Part shown: one piece after another, positions 9,488 through 17,171 of the stretch
Position numbering within the stretch: position 1 is the first letter of the stretch
Layout: every line of letters begins with the position of its first letter
From: a virus
DNA length: 64,000 nucleotides
Virus record (IMG/VR): IMGVR_UViG_3300010348_000599
Strand: one strand, 5' to 3'
Notes under the pieces: model-generated
Database searches by the model: none
What the model was told of the DNA's origin: nothing
The model's input: the letters and a program-made list of their open reading frames with translations, nothing else
Translations under genes and position numbers: made by a program

Positions 9488-11083
9488 TCATAATTTAGTT
9501 ACCGCCTCGTGCCAATATTCAGGAAACATATAGTATGCATTTTTGATTAATTGGTCATAGCAACTATCAAGCATATAAGTAACGCCATAGTCATTAACAT
9601 CTCTAACAACACGTCCTGCTCCTTGTACTATATTAATAACTGCTTGCTTCATATACCATTCTTGTGAAACATCAGCTCTTTTCTTAACCCATTGATCACC
9701 CAAATATGGGTAAGGAACTTTCACAAAAATTGCAAAACGTCCTAGATCACCATTTAAATCCAATCCTTCCGTGATACTTGGTGAAATAAGTAATTTAACT
9801 TCATGTATATTACCAATAAAATCTTGAATTACCTTATCTCTATTACCATCATTATGCTCATATAAAATATGTGTTGTACCACGATTTGTTAATTCTTCGT
9901 GTAACCATTTGGACATTGCGAAACTAGACGTATGTATGATACCATTTTCGTTTTTATGTAAGTCCAACAAGTCCAACACAGTATTGATCATGTTTTCCTT
10001 TAGAATATCATCATTATTCCAGTTTGCGTTTACCTTACCAATGGGTAAGTAAACAAACTGTCTATTTTCTTTAGCAAATGTTGTCGGTAACCTTAATATC
10101 TCACACTCTTCAGATGGTATACCCAATTCTTCAATAGTTTCTAAAATATTTGGGAATGTACCACTTAAAAATACCATTTTCTCACAATAATTTTGCATAT
10201 ATTTGATACAATTTTCAGCACCAAATAAATGTTTAATTTTCCATCCATTTTCCATAGTTACAATTGTGTGTTTGAAATCAAAGTCATTTTTTGACAATTT
10301 AACCATATCACCCATTTTCAGTAAATCTTCAAAACCACTATTATAGCGTTGTATAATCTTAGCTTGATTTACATCCAATTCACCTCTTTCGCCCATAATA
10401 TATGGGTATTCATCTTCCATGAATGATAAATATTCACGCAATAAAGGAATTGCGACTTCATTAAAATATCTACATAAATGTTCATATGTGTCGATATCCA
10501 TATAATCAACTTCATAATACCCACATTTTTCAACAGTCCACTCTAATGTATTGAAATCTGTGAGAAATGATTCTAATTTATGTGCTTCATCGCAAATTAT
10601 TGATGAAAATCTAACATCTCTAAAATTTTCTGAATATTCCTTTAGTGATAGAAATAAATCATAATTCATAACACATAATTGAGATGCTAATGCTTTTTCT
10701 CTTGCTTTGTCGTATGGACAAGCCTTACATTTCGTACCAAATAAAGCACCTGTTTCACAGTTAGTGTTTTTACTACTACACTTATAATTCTGTCTACCAT
10801 AAAAAGATGCAAGATTTATTTTGTTTCTTTTTGATACATCTTCGTATTGTTTTTGTAGTATTTTTTGTGGTGTTAGAATACATGTATTACCACCAATAAG
10901 TTTGTTAATGTAATTACCAATTGTAATTGCAATATTTGATTTACCTGAGCCAACAGATGCCTCTATAAAGAAGTATTTCTTTTTGGGTTCTTTTAACAGA
11001 AATGTTTCTATCCATGCGAAACTAATTTCTTGTACCTCTCTTGGCTGAGATGTAAAACACCAAGAATCAAAGATATCTGTCAT
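9488..11083 (-). CDS. SF2 helicase, DinG/Rad3-like
   Basis: Q motif, Walker A VGSGKS, Cys cluster, DEAH, EGLDL, KVPYP, QGAGRVVR. Confidence 0.9.
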   Translation of the reverse strand: MTDIFDSWCFTSQPREVQEISFAWIETFLLKEPKKKYFFIEASVGSGKSNIAITIGNYINKLIGGNTCILTPQKILQKQYEDVSKRNKINLASFYGRQNYKCSSKNTNCETGALFGTKCKACPYDKAREKALASQLCVMNYDLFLSLKEYSENFRDVRFSSIICDEAHKLESFLTDFNTLEWTVEKCGYYEVDYMDIDTYEHLCRYFNEVAIPLLREYLSFMEDEYPYIMGERGELDVNQAKIIQRYNSGFEDLLKMGDMVKLSKNDFDFKHTIVTMENGWKIKHLFGAENCIKYMQNYCEKMVFLSGTFPNILETIEELGIPSEECEILRLPTTFAKENRQFVYLPIGKVNANWNNDDILKENMINTVLDLLDLHKNENGIIHTSSFAMSKWLHEELTNRGTTHILYEHNDGNRDKVIQDFIGNIHEVKLLISPSITEGLDLNGDLGRFAIFVKVPYPYLGDQWVKKRADVSQEWYMKQAVINIVQGAGRVVRDVNDYGVTYMLDSCYDQLIKNAYYMFPEYWHEAVTKL

Positions 11084-11166
11084 ATATTTTTTCCATTAAG
11101 ATAAAAATGAAATATAATTATAACAAAAATACAAAGGTAAGTAAAAAACCAAATATTATTTTTTAC

Positions 11167-11392
11167 AAATCTTGAATATGTCATCCCTGTTCTTTAGGAC
11201 AGGGATGACATATTCATTTACCCAAAATATTTTTGAGATAAATAAGTATATTAATTGAATGAAAACCAAATTCAGTTACTTTAAAAATACAACCGCTGGA
11301 ATGGCGGGGATTGCTCAACAATAAAGTCTGGTAGTGGCTTAAGCCACTACCATCGTTGAGAAGCCCATTTCTTTAGATATGGGTAAGTTCAC
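11167..11392 (+). mobile_element. 226-bp non-autonomous IS200/IS605 derivative (left end + omegaRNA/right end, tnpB deleted)
   Basis: Follows TTAC (11163-11166) and ends in TCAC. Left part homologous to the left end of 6861-8124, right part homologous to its omegaRNA. Joining the flanks restores a copy of the neighbouring repeat unit. Confidence 0.85.
11259..11324 (+). pseudogene. 21-codon tnpB relic (MKTKFSYFKNTTAGMAGIAQQ)
   Basis: TAGMAGIAQ is identical to a stretch near the TnpB C-terminus and lies in frame with an ATG near the homologous start position. Confidence 0.55.
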
Positions 11393-11412
11393 GTGTGTTT
11401 GTTGTACACATA
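11291..11412 (+). ncRNA. Stand-alone TnpB omegaRNA: scaffold 11291-11392 plus guide GUGUGUUUGUUGUACACAUA
   Basis: Ungapped 102-nt match to the tnpB-linked scaffold with five compensatory base-pair changes in two hairpins. Confidence 0.78.
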
Positions 11413-11630
11413 AAAAACAATATTATTATAATAGTTGGTTCACTTCGTTCACAAAAATAATTATTAATTTCATTACATTCAATTAATAATTATTTTTAAT
11501 AAAAAATTTTATTTTTATGTGTGTCTGTATAACAATCACACATAAAAAACAATATTATTATAATAGTTGGTTCACTTCGTTCACAAAAAATGATTACTAA
11601 TTTCATTACATTCAATTAGTAATCATTTTT
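11393..11630. repeat. Two direct repeats (period 132 bp) built of hairpins with TCAYTWCRTTC motifs
   Basis: 11406-11497 nearly identical to 11538-11630; differences are compensatory changes in a 17-bp stem with invariant loop TCATTACATTC. Confidence 0.9.
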
Positions 11631-11682
11631 ATATAAATAATTAATATAAATAATTAATATAAATAATTAATATAAATAATTA
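11631..11682. repeat. Four perfect tandem 13-mers ATATAAATAATTA
   Basis: Read directly; 100% AT. Confidence 0.95.
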
Positions 11683-11707
11683 TAATCATCATTTTTCATA
11701 ATAATTA

Positions 11708-11736
11708 ATTATACACCTGTTTAAAAAACGTGTCAA
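11708..11736 (-). promoter_or_regulatory. Perfect sigma70 consensus promoter TTGACA-N17-TATAAT pointing into the repeat region
   Basis: Minus strand reads TTGACA CGTTTTTTAAACAGGTG TATAAT. Confidence 0.8.
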
Positions 11737-11836
11737 CATGGTTTTAAAAACCAACTTTTAGATAACAAGTTCTTTAAAATTTTTATCTGTTTTTAAAAAC
11801 AAATTTAATTTTTGATATAAAAATCATTTAAAAACA

Positions 11837-11930
11837 CGTTAAAAATCGTTTTTAACGTACGATAATTTTAAAAACGTATATTTTATCAAAAATAGATGTA
11901 CCACACCGTAAAAACGATTTTTACGCGTGG
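11837..11930. repeat. Two related palindromes (11837-11859 and 11901-11930)
   Basis: ACGTTAAAAA-TCG-TTTTTAACGT and CGTAAAAA-CGA-TTTTTACG are near-inverted copies; the second may also terminate the resolvase transcript. Confidence 0.6.
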
Positions 11931-11931
11931 T

Positions 11932-12525
11932 TTAAGAATTAATAAATTGGTTTAACAAATTATTATAAATTGAATGTTCTTTTTTTGCTTCTTCCAAAAA
12001 AGCATTAATCATCGAGGTTTGCTCGTCGATTGATAATAGTGTGAAGTTTTTAATCACATCTAGTCCTGTTTCAAGGTCAACAATAACAAATCCTTTATAT
12101 CCACAATAATGTGGAATGTGTTGATTTATCACACATGAGGGAATCGCCATACCAGTAAATATTCTTGTGGTTTTAAATATAACCAATGATAATGTATTTG
12201 TATTGATACCATCATGTATACTTTTACTCAACCATTCATCCATTTTATTATCACCAGTTGAAGATAATAAATTATGATACAGAGGACTTTTGTCGTAGTG
12301 TTTGCATTCAATATTGAATGCAAACCATTTAGGGACCATTATATCACCAGCTAATGCGTTTTTCACTTCTGATGACATGCCTTTGCGTTTACCCCAATTG
12401 GATTTTCCAACGAAGGCTCCACTTCCAAAAGCTCTTGAAAATTCGTCAGTTGCAAAAAAATCATTTAACTTTTTTGCAACGTCGCGTTCAAAAGTACTAC
12501 CTTTGATTTTTGATTTACTGGGCAT
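11932..12525 (-). CDS. Holliday junction resolvase-like PD-(D/E)xK nuclease
   Basis: SKIKGSTFERDVA, SGA, GDI, IECK motifs. Confidence 0.85.
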   Translation of the reverse strand: MPSKSKIKGSTFERDVAKKLNDFFATDEFSRAFGSGAFVGKSNWGKRKGMSSEVKNALAGDIMVPKWFAFNIECKHYDKSPLYHNLLSSTGDNKMDEWLSKSIHDGINTNTLSLVIFKTTRIFTGMAIPSCVINQHIPHYCGYKGFVIVDLETGLDVIKNFTLLSIDEQTSMINAFLEEAKKEHSIYNNLLNQFINS

Positions 12526-12528
12526 AGT

Positions 12529-12822
12529 TTATTCATCCATGAAATCATTTGTACTTCTAGTTGTTAGTATTTCCTTTGTTGCTAGAGATACAACACTATC
12601 ATGCCAAATTACATTATATGGTTCATTTAAAATTCTTAAATCGTCAATATCTCTCAAAGTTAATACTTGTCCAGCAATAGCTGGACAAGTATTAACGAAA
12701 AATCGTTTAATCATTTCATTCGCCACGACAATAAAACATTTTATTTGTGATTGTGTTACTGCTGTGATAATATGGTCAATATCCCGGGAACTAGAATAGA
12801 TAAATTCTTTGATTGCTGACAT
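12529..12822 (-). CDS. Hypothetical protein
   Basis: 97-aa ORF packed between the gp47-46 fusion and the resolvase with 2-3 nt gaps. Confidence 0.6.
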   Translation of the reverse strand: MSAIKEFIYSSSRDIDHIITAVTQSQIKCFIVVANEMIKRFFVNTCPAIAGQVLTLRDIDDLRILNEPYNVIWHDSVVSLATKEILTTRSTNDFMDE

Positions 12823-12824
12823 TA

Positions 12825-15644
12825 CTAAGACTCCTGTTGTATGTTGGAAAAATTGTTTTGTAGTGTTACTTTAAATTTACTATCATAATGAATATGAGTA
12901 ACCTCTTCTCTATGTGTTACAATGAAAATTTTGATATTTTCTTTCTTGGACTTCTCACGAATTAATTTAACAGTATTTGCAACACCATTAGCACTTAAAC
13001 CTGTATCCAAACACTCATCTAACATTAACAGATTGATTGGTGAATGCATTCTAGCTATTACATCTCTAAATGCCAAACATAACGCAATATTTACTCTAGC
13101 AATTTGACCATTTGAAATGGTACTAAAAGCAAATGCACGACCATTTAATTCAATTTTTGTTAGTAATTCTTCTGTGAAGTATACTAAATGAGGTAATTTA
13201 AGTTGGGTCAAATATTCATTGATTTTGGTATTCAAAAAAGGTAAGTTTTGTTTTAGTAGTGATTTACGCACAAAGCTGTCTTTTTTGGTCAACAACTTAA
13301 CCAAAAATTCACTATGTTCTATTTCTTTCGTCAAGTTTTGTTTTTTTGAATAATCAATGTCAATTAATGTTTGATCGATTGTTTCTAAGGCTATCTCAAA
13401 AGGATTTGATGATTTACGTAACATTTCGAGTTTGCTTTCTAGTACAGCTTTTTCCGAGAACACACGTGAAATATTTGGATATTTATCAACATATTGAAGT
13501 TTTGTGACATCTATTTCAATATTTTTCAAAATATTTTCATGCTCGAGTTTTTCTTGTGTTAATTCACTTATCATATCATTATTTTCAATAATAATACGTT
13601 GTTTGTTTTTTAATTTTTGCTCATCAGTGTGAACTTGCTTGCAAAATGGGCAAATATTTTGTGATAGAGCTGTAATCTCAATATTCAGAGATTGTTGTTC
13701 TTTTGATAAATCATTTATATCACGAGTAATCTCTTTAATTATTGATTGTGTCTTTTTAGCATTATCTCTTAAAAGATTAATAGTATCAATATCAGAAATA
13801 ATACGCTCAACATTTTCAGGAATTGATTGTAATTGATTTTGAATACGTTCAACATCTTTCAGTTTGGTTTGTTCCCAATTATCAAAATTATTAATTAAAT
13901 TTTGCATAGTGGACATTTTTTGGTTGTTTAGCTGCTCTTTCTGATTTAAAATTTCCAACTCAATCTTTAATTCATCCTTCATAGATTTAGTGAGTTTTTT
14001 GATGTTTTCAGCTTTCGTTGTTAATTCTTTTAATCGAAATAAATCTTCCAATATATCTGTTTGAGACAATTCTGTTGAAGATGTAACAGGTAAGGAAAAA
14101 AAAGGAGTATTAGAAGCTGAAAATAAAACCATTCTAGTAAATGTTTCAAACTGCAATCCAATAATATCTTTAATAAATTTATTGGTGTTTGCTGCAGAAT
14201 CTTTGGTTAAATCTTTAACCACGATACCATTTTGATCAATGATTTCAAAAGTTACATCATTAATACTTTTTTTGCCAAATTTTCTACGTCTTGTTATTTT
14301 ATACAGAATTTGTGATTTTTCAAATACTAGTTCACAATACAGGTTTGCTTTATTAATGTTGTTAATCATATCATCGAATGTAACATTGTTTTTAATAACT
14401 CTATCATACAAACAATATGAAACAGCGTTCAAAATGGTTGATTTACCAGTACCAGATTTACATTTATCATTATCATCATAAACTACATCATGATTTTCAC
14501 CATAAATCAAATTAAATAATCCAGCATCATCAAACACAACCGTATTCAAATTATTACCATAAGAGTAAAGATTTTTAAAACTCAACTGTTTGAAAGTTAT
14601 AGCATCTGAAGTTGAATTAAATGTATCAAATTCACCACTTTTGTTTAAAATGGATTTTAATAGTGTGTTATCAATATCAGGTGATACAATATTATCAATC
14701 ATCTGATCTAATAGCTGTTTGAGTGTTGAAAAATCAGACACGTTTATTTGCTCATCCGCATCCAATGAAAACATATCTTCAAATGCTATTTTAGGTTCTT
14801 CGCATAAAACTTCTCTGATACCTGTTAACGATAGTTGTTTTTTAACTTCAACTAATTGTTCTTGTTCAACAATAACATCCATTAAACATTTAACACGTGA
14901 TTTGGGTGGAAATGATACTTTATCGATTTCAGAATATTTTATACGATGATATGTTGGCTGATCAGGCCACGCTAAGAAAGAAAGTTGCAAATCAGTTTCA
15001 TTAAGGATACATATCCCACGTTCTGTATCATTAACATCTGAAAAATCCATCGGAAATGTATTTCCAATATAAGTAGTATTTTCTGATGATTGGCGTTTGT
15101 GATAGTGACCACTTAATATTAATTTTACATACTTAAAACTATTATGAGAAGGACCACCTTCCTTTTTTGTGTTGTATGATGTTATACTAAACCCTTCAAA
15201 TTCAAAATGACCCGCCCAAATAGGAATATTTTTATATTGATGTAATGAATCATACTCTTCTTCAAACAAAAATGGGCAAAATAACATATTATCATGTATA
15301 GTAGGTTTATCAACAATAATAAAATTTGATAATTCATTATAATGGACTGTTGAAAAATGTTCTCTTGAATAACGTTTATATAAATCATGATTACCAATAC
15401 AAAACAATATTGGTATGTTTAATGAATTTAATAATTGAGCACTATCATACCCATAAGTCATGGTCATAACATCGATAGCGTTTCTATTTTCAAACCAATC
15501 ACCGAGAAAACCAATTCTTGTGATCTCAGGATGATTGATACAATAATCATACACCCATTTAACAAAATTATAACAATCTGTGTTATGCTCTATAGAATTA
15601 TTGCGACGTCCAAAATGAATATCTGTAAAAAAAAGTGTAGACAT
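12825..15644 (-). CDS. Fused recombination endonuclease gp47-gp46 (Mre11/SbcD + Rad50/SbcC)
   Basis: N-terminal DIH, GD, GNHD, GH, GHYH phosphoesterase motifs; C-terminal Walker A GTGKST, zinc hook CPFC, signature SNGQ, Walker B LMLDE, VTH; one continuous ORF. Confidence 0.92.
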   Translation of the reverse strand: MSTLFFTDIHFGRRNNSIEHNTDCYNFVKWVYDYCINHPEITRIGFLGDWFENRNAIDVMTMTYGYDSAQLLNSLNIPILFCIGNHDLYKRYSREHFSTVHYNELSNFIIVDKPTIHDNMLFCPFLFEEEYDSLHQYKNIPIWAGHFEFEGFSITSYNTKKEGGPSHNSFKYVKLILSGHYHKRQSSENTTYIGNTFPMDFSDVNDTERGICILNETDLQLSFLAWPDQPTYHRIKYSEIDKVSFPPKSRVKCLMDVIVEQEQLVEVKKQLSLTGIREVLCEEPKIAFEDMFSLDADEQINVSDFSTLKQLLDQMIDNIVSPDIDNTLLKSILNKSGEFDTFNSTSDAITFKQLSFKNLYSYGNNLNTVVFDDAGLFNLIYGENHDVVYDDNDKCKSGTGKSTILNAVSYCLYDRVIKNNVTFDDMINNINKANLYCELVFEKSQILYKITRRRKFGKKSINDVTFEIIDQNGIVVKDLTKDSAANTNKFIKDIIGLQFETFTRMVLFSASNTPFFSLPVTSSTELSQTDILEDLFRLKELTTKAENIKKLTKSMKDELKIELEILNQKEQLNNQKMSTMQNLINNFDNWEQTKLKDVERIQNQLQSIPENVERIISDIDTINLLRDNAKKTQSIIKEITRDINDLSKEQQSLNIEITALSQNICPFCKQVHTDEQKLKNKQRIIIENNDMISELTQEKLEHENILKNIEIDVTKLQYVDKYPNISRVFSEKAVLESKLEMLRKSSNPFEIALETIDQTLIDIDYSKKQNLTKEIEHSEFLVKLLTKKDSFVRKSLLKQNLPFLNTKINEYLTQLKLPHLVYFTEELLTKIELNGRAFAFSTISNGQIARVNIALCLAFRDVIARMHSPINLLMLDECLDTGLSANGVANTVKLIREKSKKENIKIFIVTHREEVTHIHYDSKFKVTLQNNFSNIQQES

Positions 15645-15689
15645 AAAATTCCCGTTTGATAAAAGTATTGTGTTATGTTGTATTATATC

Positions 15690-16232
15690 CTAATCAATCC
15701 GTTCTTCACAGATTAATGTCTGGTTTTCATCATGTTCTTCAGATATATCTTTTTCTGAATCAATGTCGGATATTTCATCATACTTCGGCAACGGTACTCC
15801 ATCGATTGTTTCATCACGATCACCTCCAATCGAGAATCCACGAACATTTTCATAATCTTCTTCAGAAAAACCAAACGATGGATTTAATCCATTATCTACC
15901 ATAATAGAATCTCGACCACGTTGTTCTTTTTTCTCCACACGTAATACATGATTAAATGCATTTTTTACAAAAGATGTGTAGTATGCAAAACAATTTGAAT
16001 ATTTCAAATCAAATTTATACCATCCCTTACATAAAGTTAATATAGCTGTACCTTTCATTTCATCCAAATACGTATATGAAGCATAGCATGATTTCTTAGC
16101 GATATTGTCAACAAGTTGAATAAACATTCGACCCATTTCTTCTGTCATTTTTCCTTGTGCTAAGCTTTTTTCCAATTCTGCTCGCAAATCCTTGTTTGTT
16201 AAATAAATTACTGGTTTTCGTTGAATACTCAT
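15690..16232 (-). CDS. gp55: Late-transcription sigma factor, T4 gp55-like
   Basis: YLTNKDL, YTYLDEM, KFD...NCFAYYT...NAF...EKK motifs; next to gp47/46 as in T4. Start moved to the ATG at 16232. Confidence 0.85.
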   Translation of the reverse strand: MSIQRKPVIYLTNKDLRAELEKSLAQGKMTEEMGRMFIQLVDNIAKKSCYASYTYLDEMKGTAILTLCKGWYKFDLKYSNCFAYYTSFVKNAFNHVLRVEKKEQRGRDSIMVDNGLNPSFGFSEEDYENVRGFSIGGDRDETIDGVPLPKYDEISDIDSEKDISEEHDENQTLICEERID

Positions 16233-16257
16233 ATGGCTAATCCATTTTTCCCCCAAC

Positions 16258-16286
16258 TATATACACTATTTTATGTATATTTGCAA
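16258..16286 (-). promoter_or_regulatory. Sigma70-like promoter for the gp55-gp47/46 operon
   Basis: TTGCAA-N17-TATATA on the minus strand. Confidence 0.45.
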
Positions 16287-16291
16287 CACAT

Positions 16292-16297
16292 TAAATA
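16292..16297 (+). promoter_or_regulatory. Late promoter TAAATA(C) of the baseplate operon (representative of a recurrent motif)
   Basis: Same motif precedes genes at 21108, 24457, 36350, 38292, 43482, 46901, 48821, 49875, 51210 (+) and 526, 2126, 6848, 33444, 36326 (-). Confidence 0.7.
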
Positions 16298-16313
16298 CAC
16301 ATAAAACATTTTT

Positions 16314-16898
16314 ATGGCTTTTATTATACCAAAAGAACAGGGTACGGTTAACCAACATTTTCGATCAATGATTACACTGTCAGATGGAAAAAATATGTTG
16401 GTATTTGACTGTAATCCGAAAATTAACGAAACAACAAATGTTACTTATAACAACAAAAACGTGTCTCAGTTACCAACAAGTATTAATTACTTTGACAGTG
16501 TTTCAGCCCGAACGTTTAACTTATCAGATATAAAATTTATATCAAGAACACGTCAAGAGGCTCAAAACAATAATAATGCAATATATTATTTGAGATATTT
16601 AACTAAACCTAATTTTGGTATGCTTAGTAATGGATTACCACCAAAAGTATTGCTTTTAAGTGGATTTAATTCATCAAATAATTCTGAATCTATTGGAGCG
16701 TTAAATAGTATTCCAGTAGTTATCACTAATTTGGATATTGATTGGCCAAATGATTGTGATTTTATCCCTGATAATAATGGAGTAGTTACACCAATTATCA
16801 GAACAGGTTCTATATCTCTCTTGGAATTTCATAGCCCCAAACAAATTTCTGAGTTTGATTTGCAAAAATTCTTAAATGGTCAATTATTAGGTTGGTAA
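16314..16898 (+). CDS. Tail-tube-initiator/baseplate protein (tube-like fold)
   Basis: First gene of the baseplate operon; PPKVLLLSG and IPVVITNLDIDWPND resemble contractile-tail tube-initiator proteins. Confidence 0.6.
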   Translation: MAFIIPKEQGTVNQHFRSMITLSDGKNMLVFDCNPKINETTNVTYNNKNVSQLPTSINYFDSVSARTFNLSDIKFISRTRQEAQNNNNAIYYLRYLTKPNFGMLSNGLPPKVLLLSGFNSSNNSESIGALNSIPVVITNLDIDWPNDCDFIPDNNGVVTPIIRTGSISLLEFHSPKQISEFDLQKFLNGQLLGW

Positions 16899-16900
16899 AA

Positions 16901-17164
16901 ATGAAAAGATTAGAAAGTGGTGTAATTTTATCAGAGAATGGAAAACAATTTTGGGTTGGCAAACAAATAGAACAACATTATACAGATACCGTTTTGGTGT
17001 TGGTACCAAAATATAACACTCAACCAGATTTGTTAGCATACGAGTTTTATGGTAACACTGTTTACGAATGGTTGATACTGTATTACAATAACATAACTGA
17101 TCCTTGGACAGAATTTGTTACTGGTAAAACAATTAGATTACCAGTTTTGGATAGAATTAAGTGA
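16901..17164 (+). CDS. gp53: Baseplate wedge protein, gp53/LysM-like
   Basis: PDLLAYEFYG...WLILYYNNI.DP...G..IRLP. Confidence 0.85.
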   Translation: MKRLESGVILSENGKQFWVGKQIEQHYTDTVLVLVPKYNTQPDLLAYEFYGNTVYEWLILYYNNITDPWTEFVTGKTIRLPVLDRIK

Positions 17165-17171
17165 GTTTATA

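Noticed and set aside
11393..11682. Possible CRISPR array or multi-guide array next to the omegaRNA
   Set aside because: Only two long repeats plus spacer-less 13-mers; no repeat-spacer periodicity and no cas genes. The GTTCAC matches inside the repeats lack the omegaRNA scaffold.
12302..12799. 165-aa plus-strand ORF, and the many other 60-105-aa ORFs nested in or antisense to long genes
   Set aside because: They overlap well-supported genes, lack motifs and start signals, and are expected shadows of codon bias.
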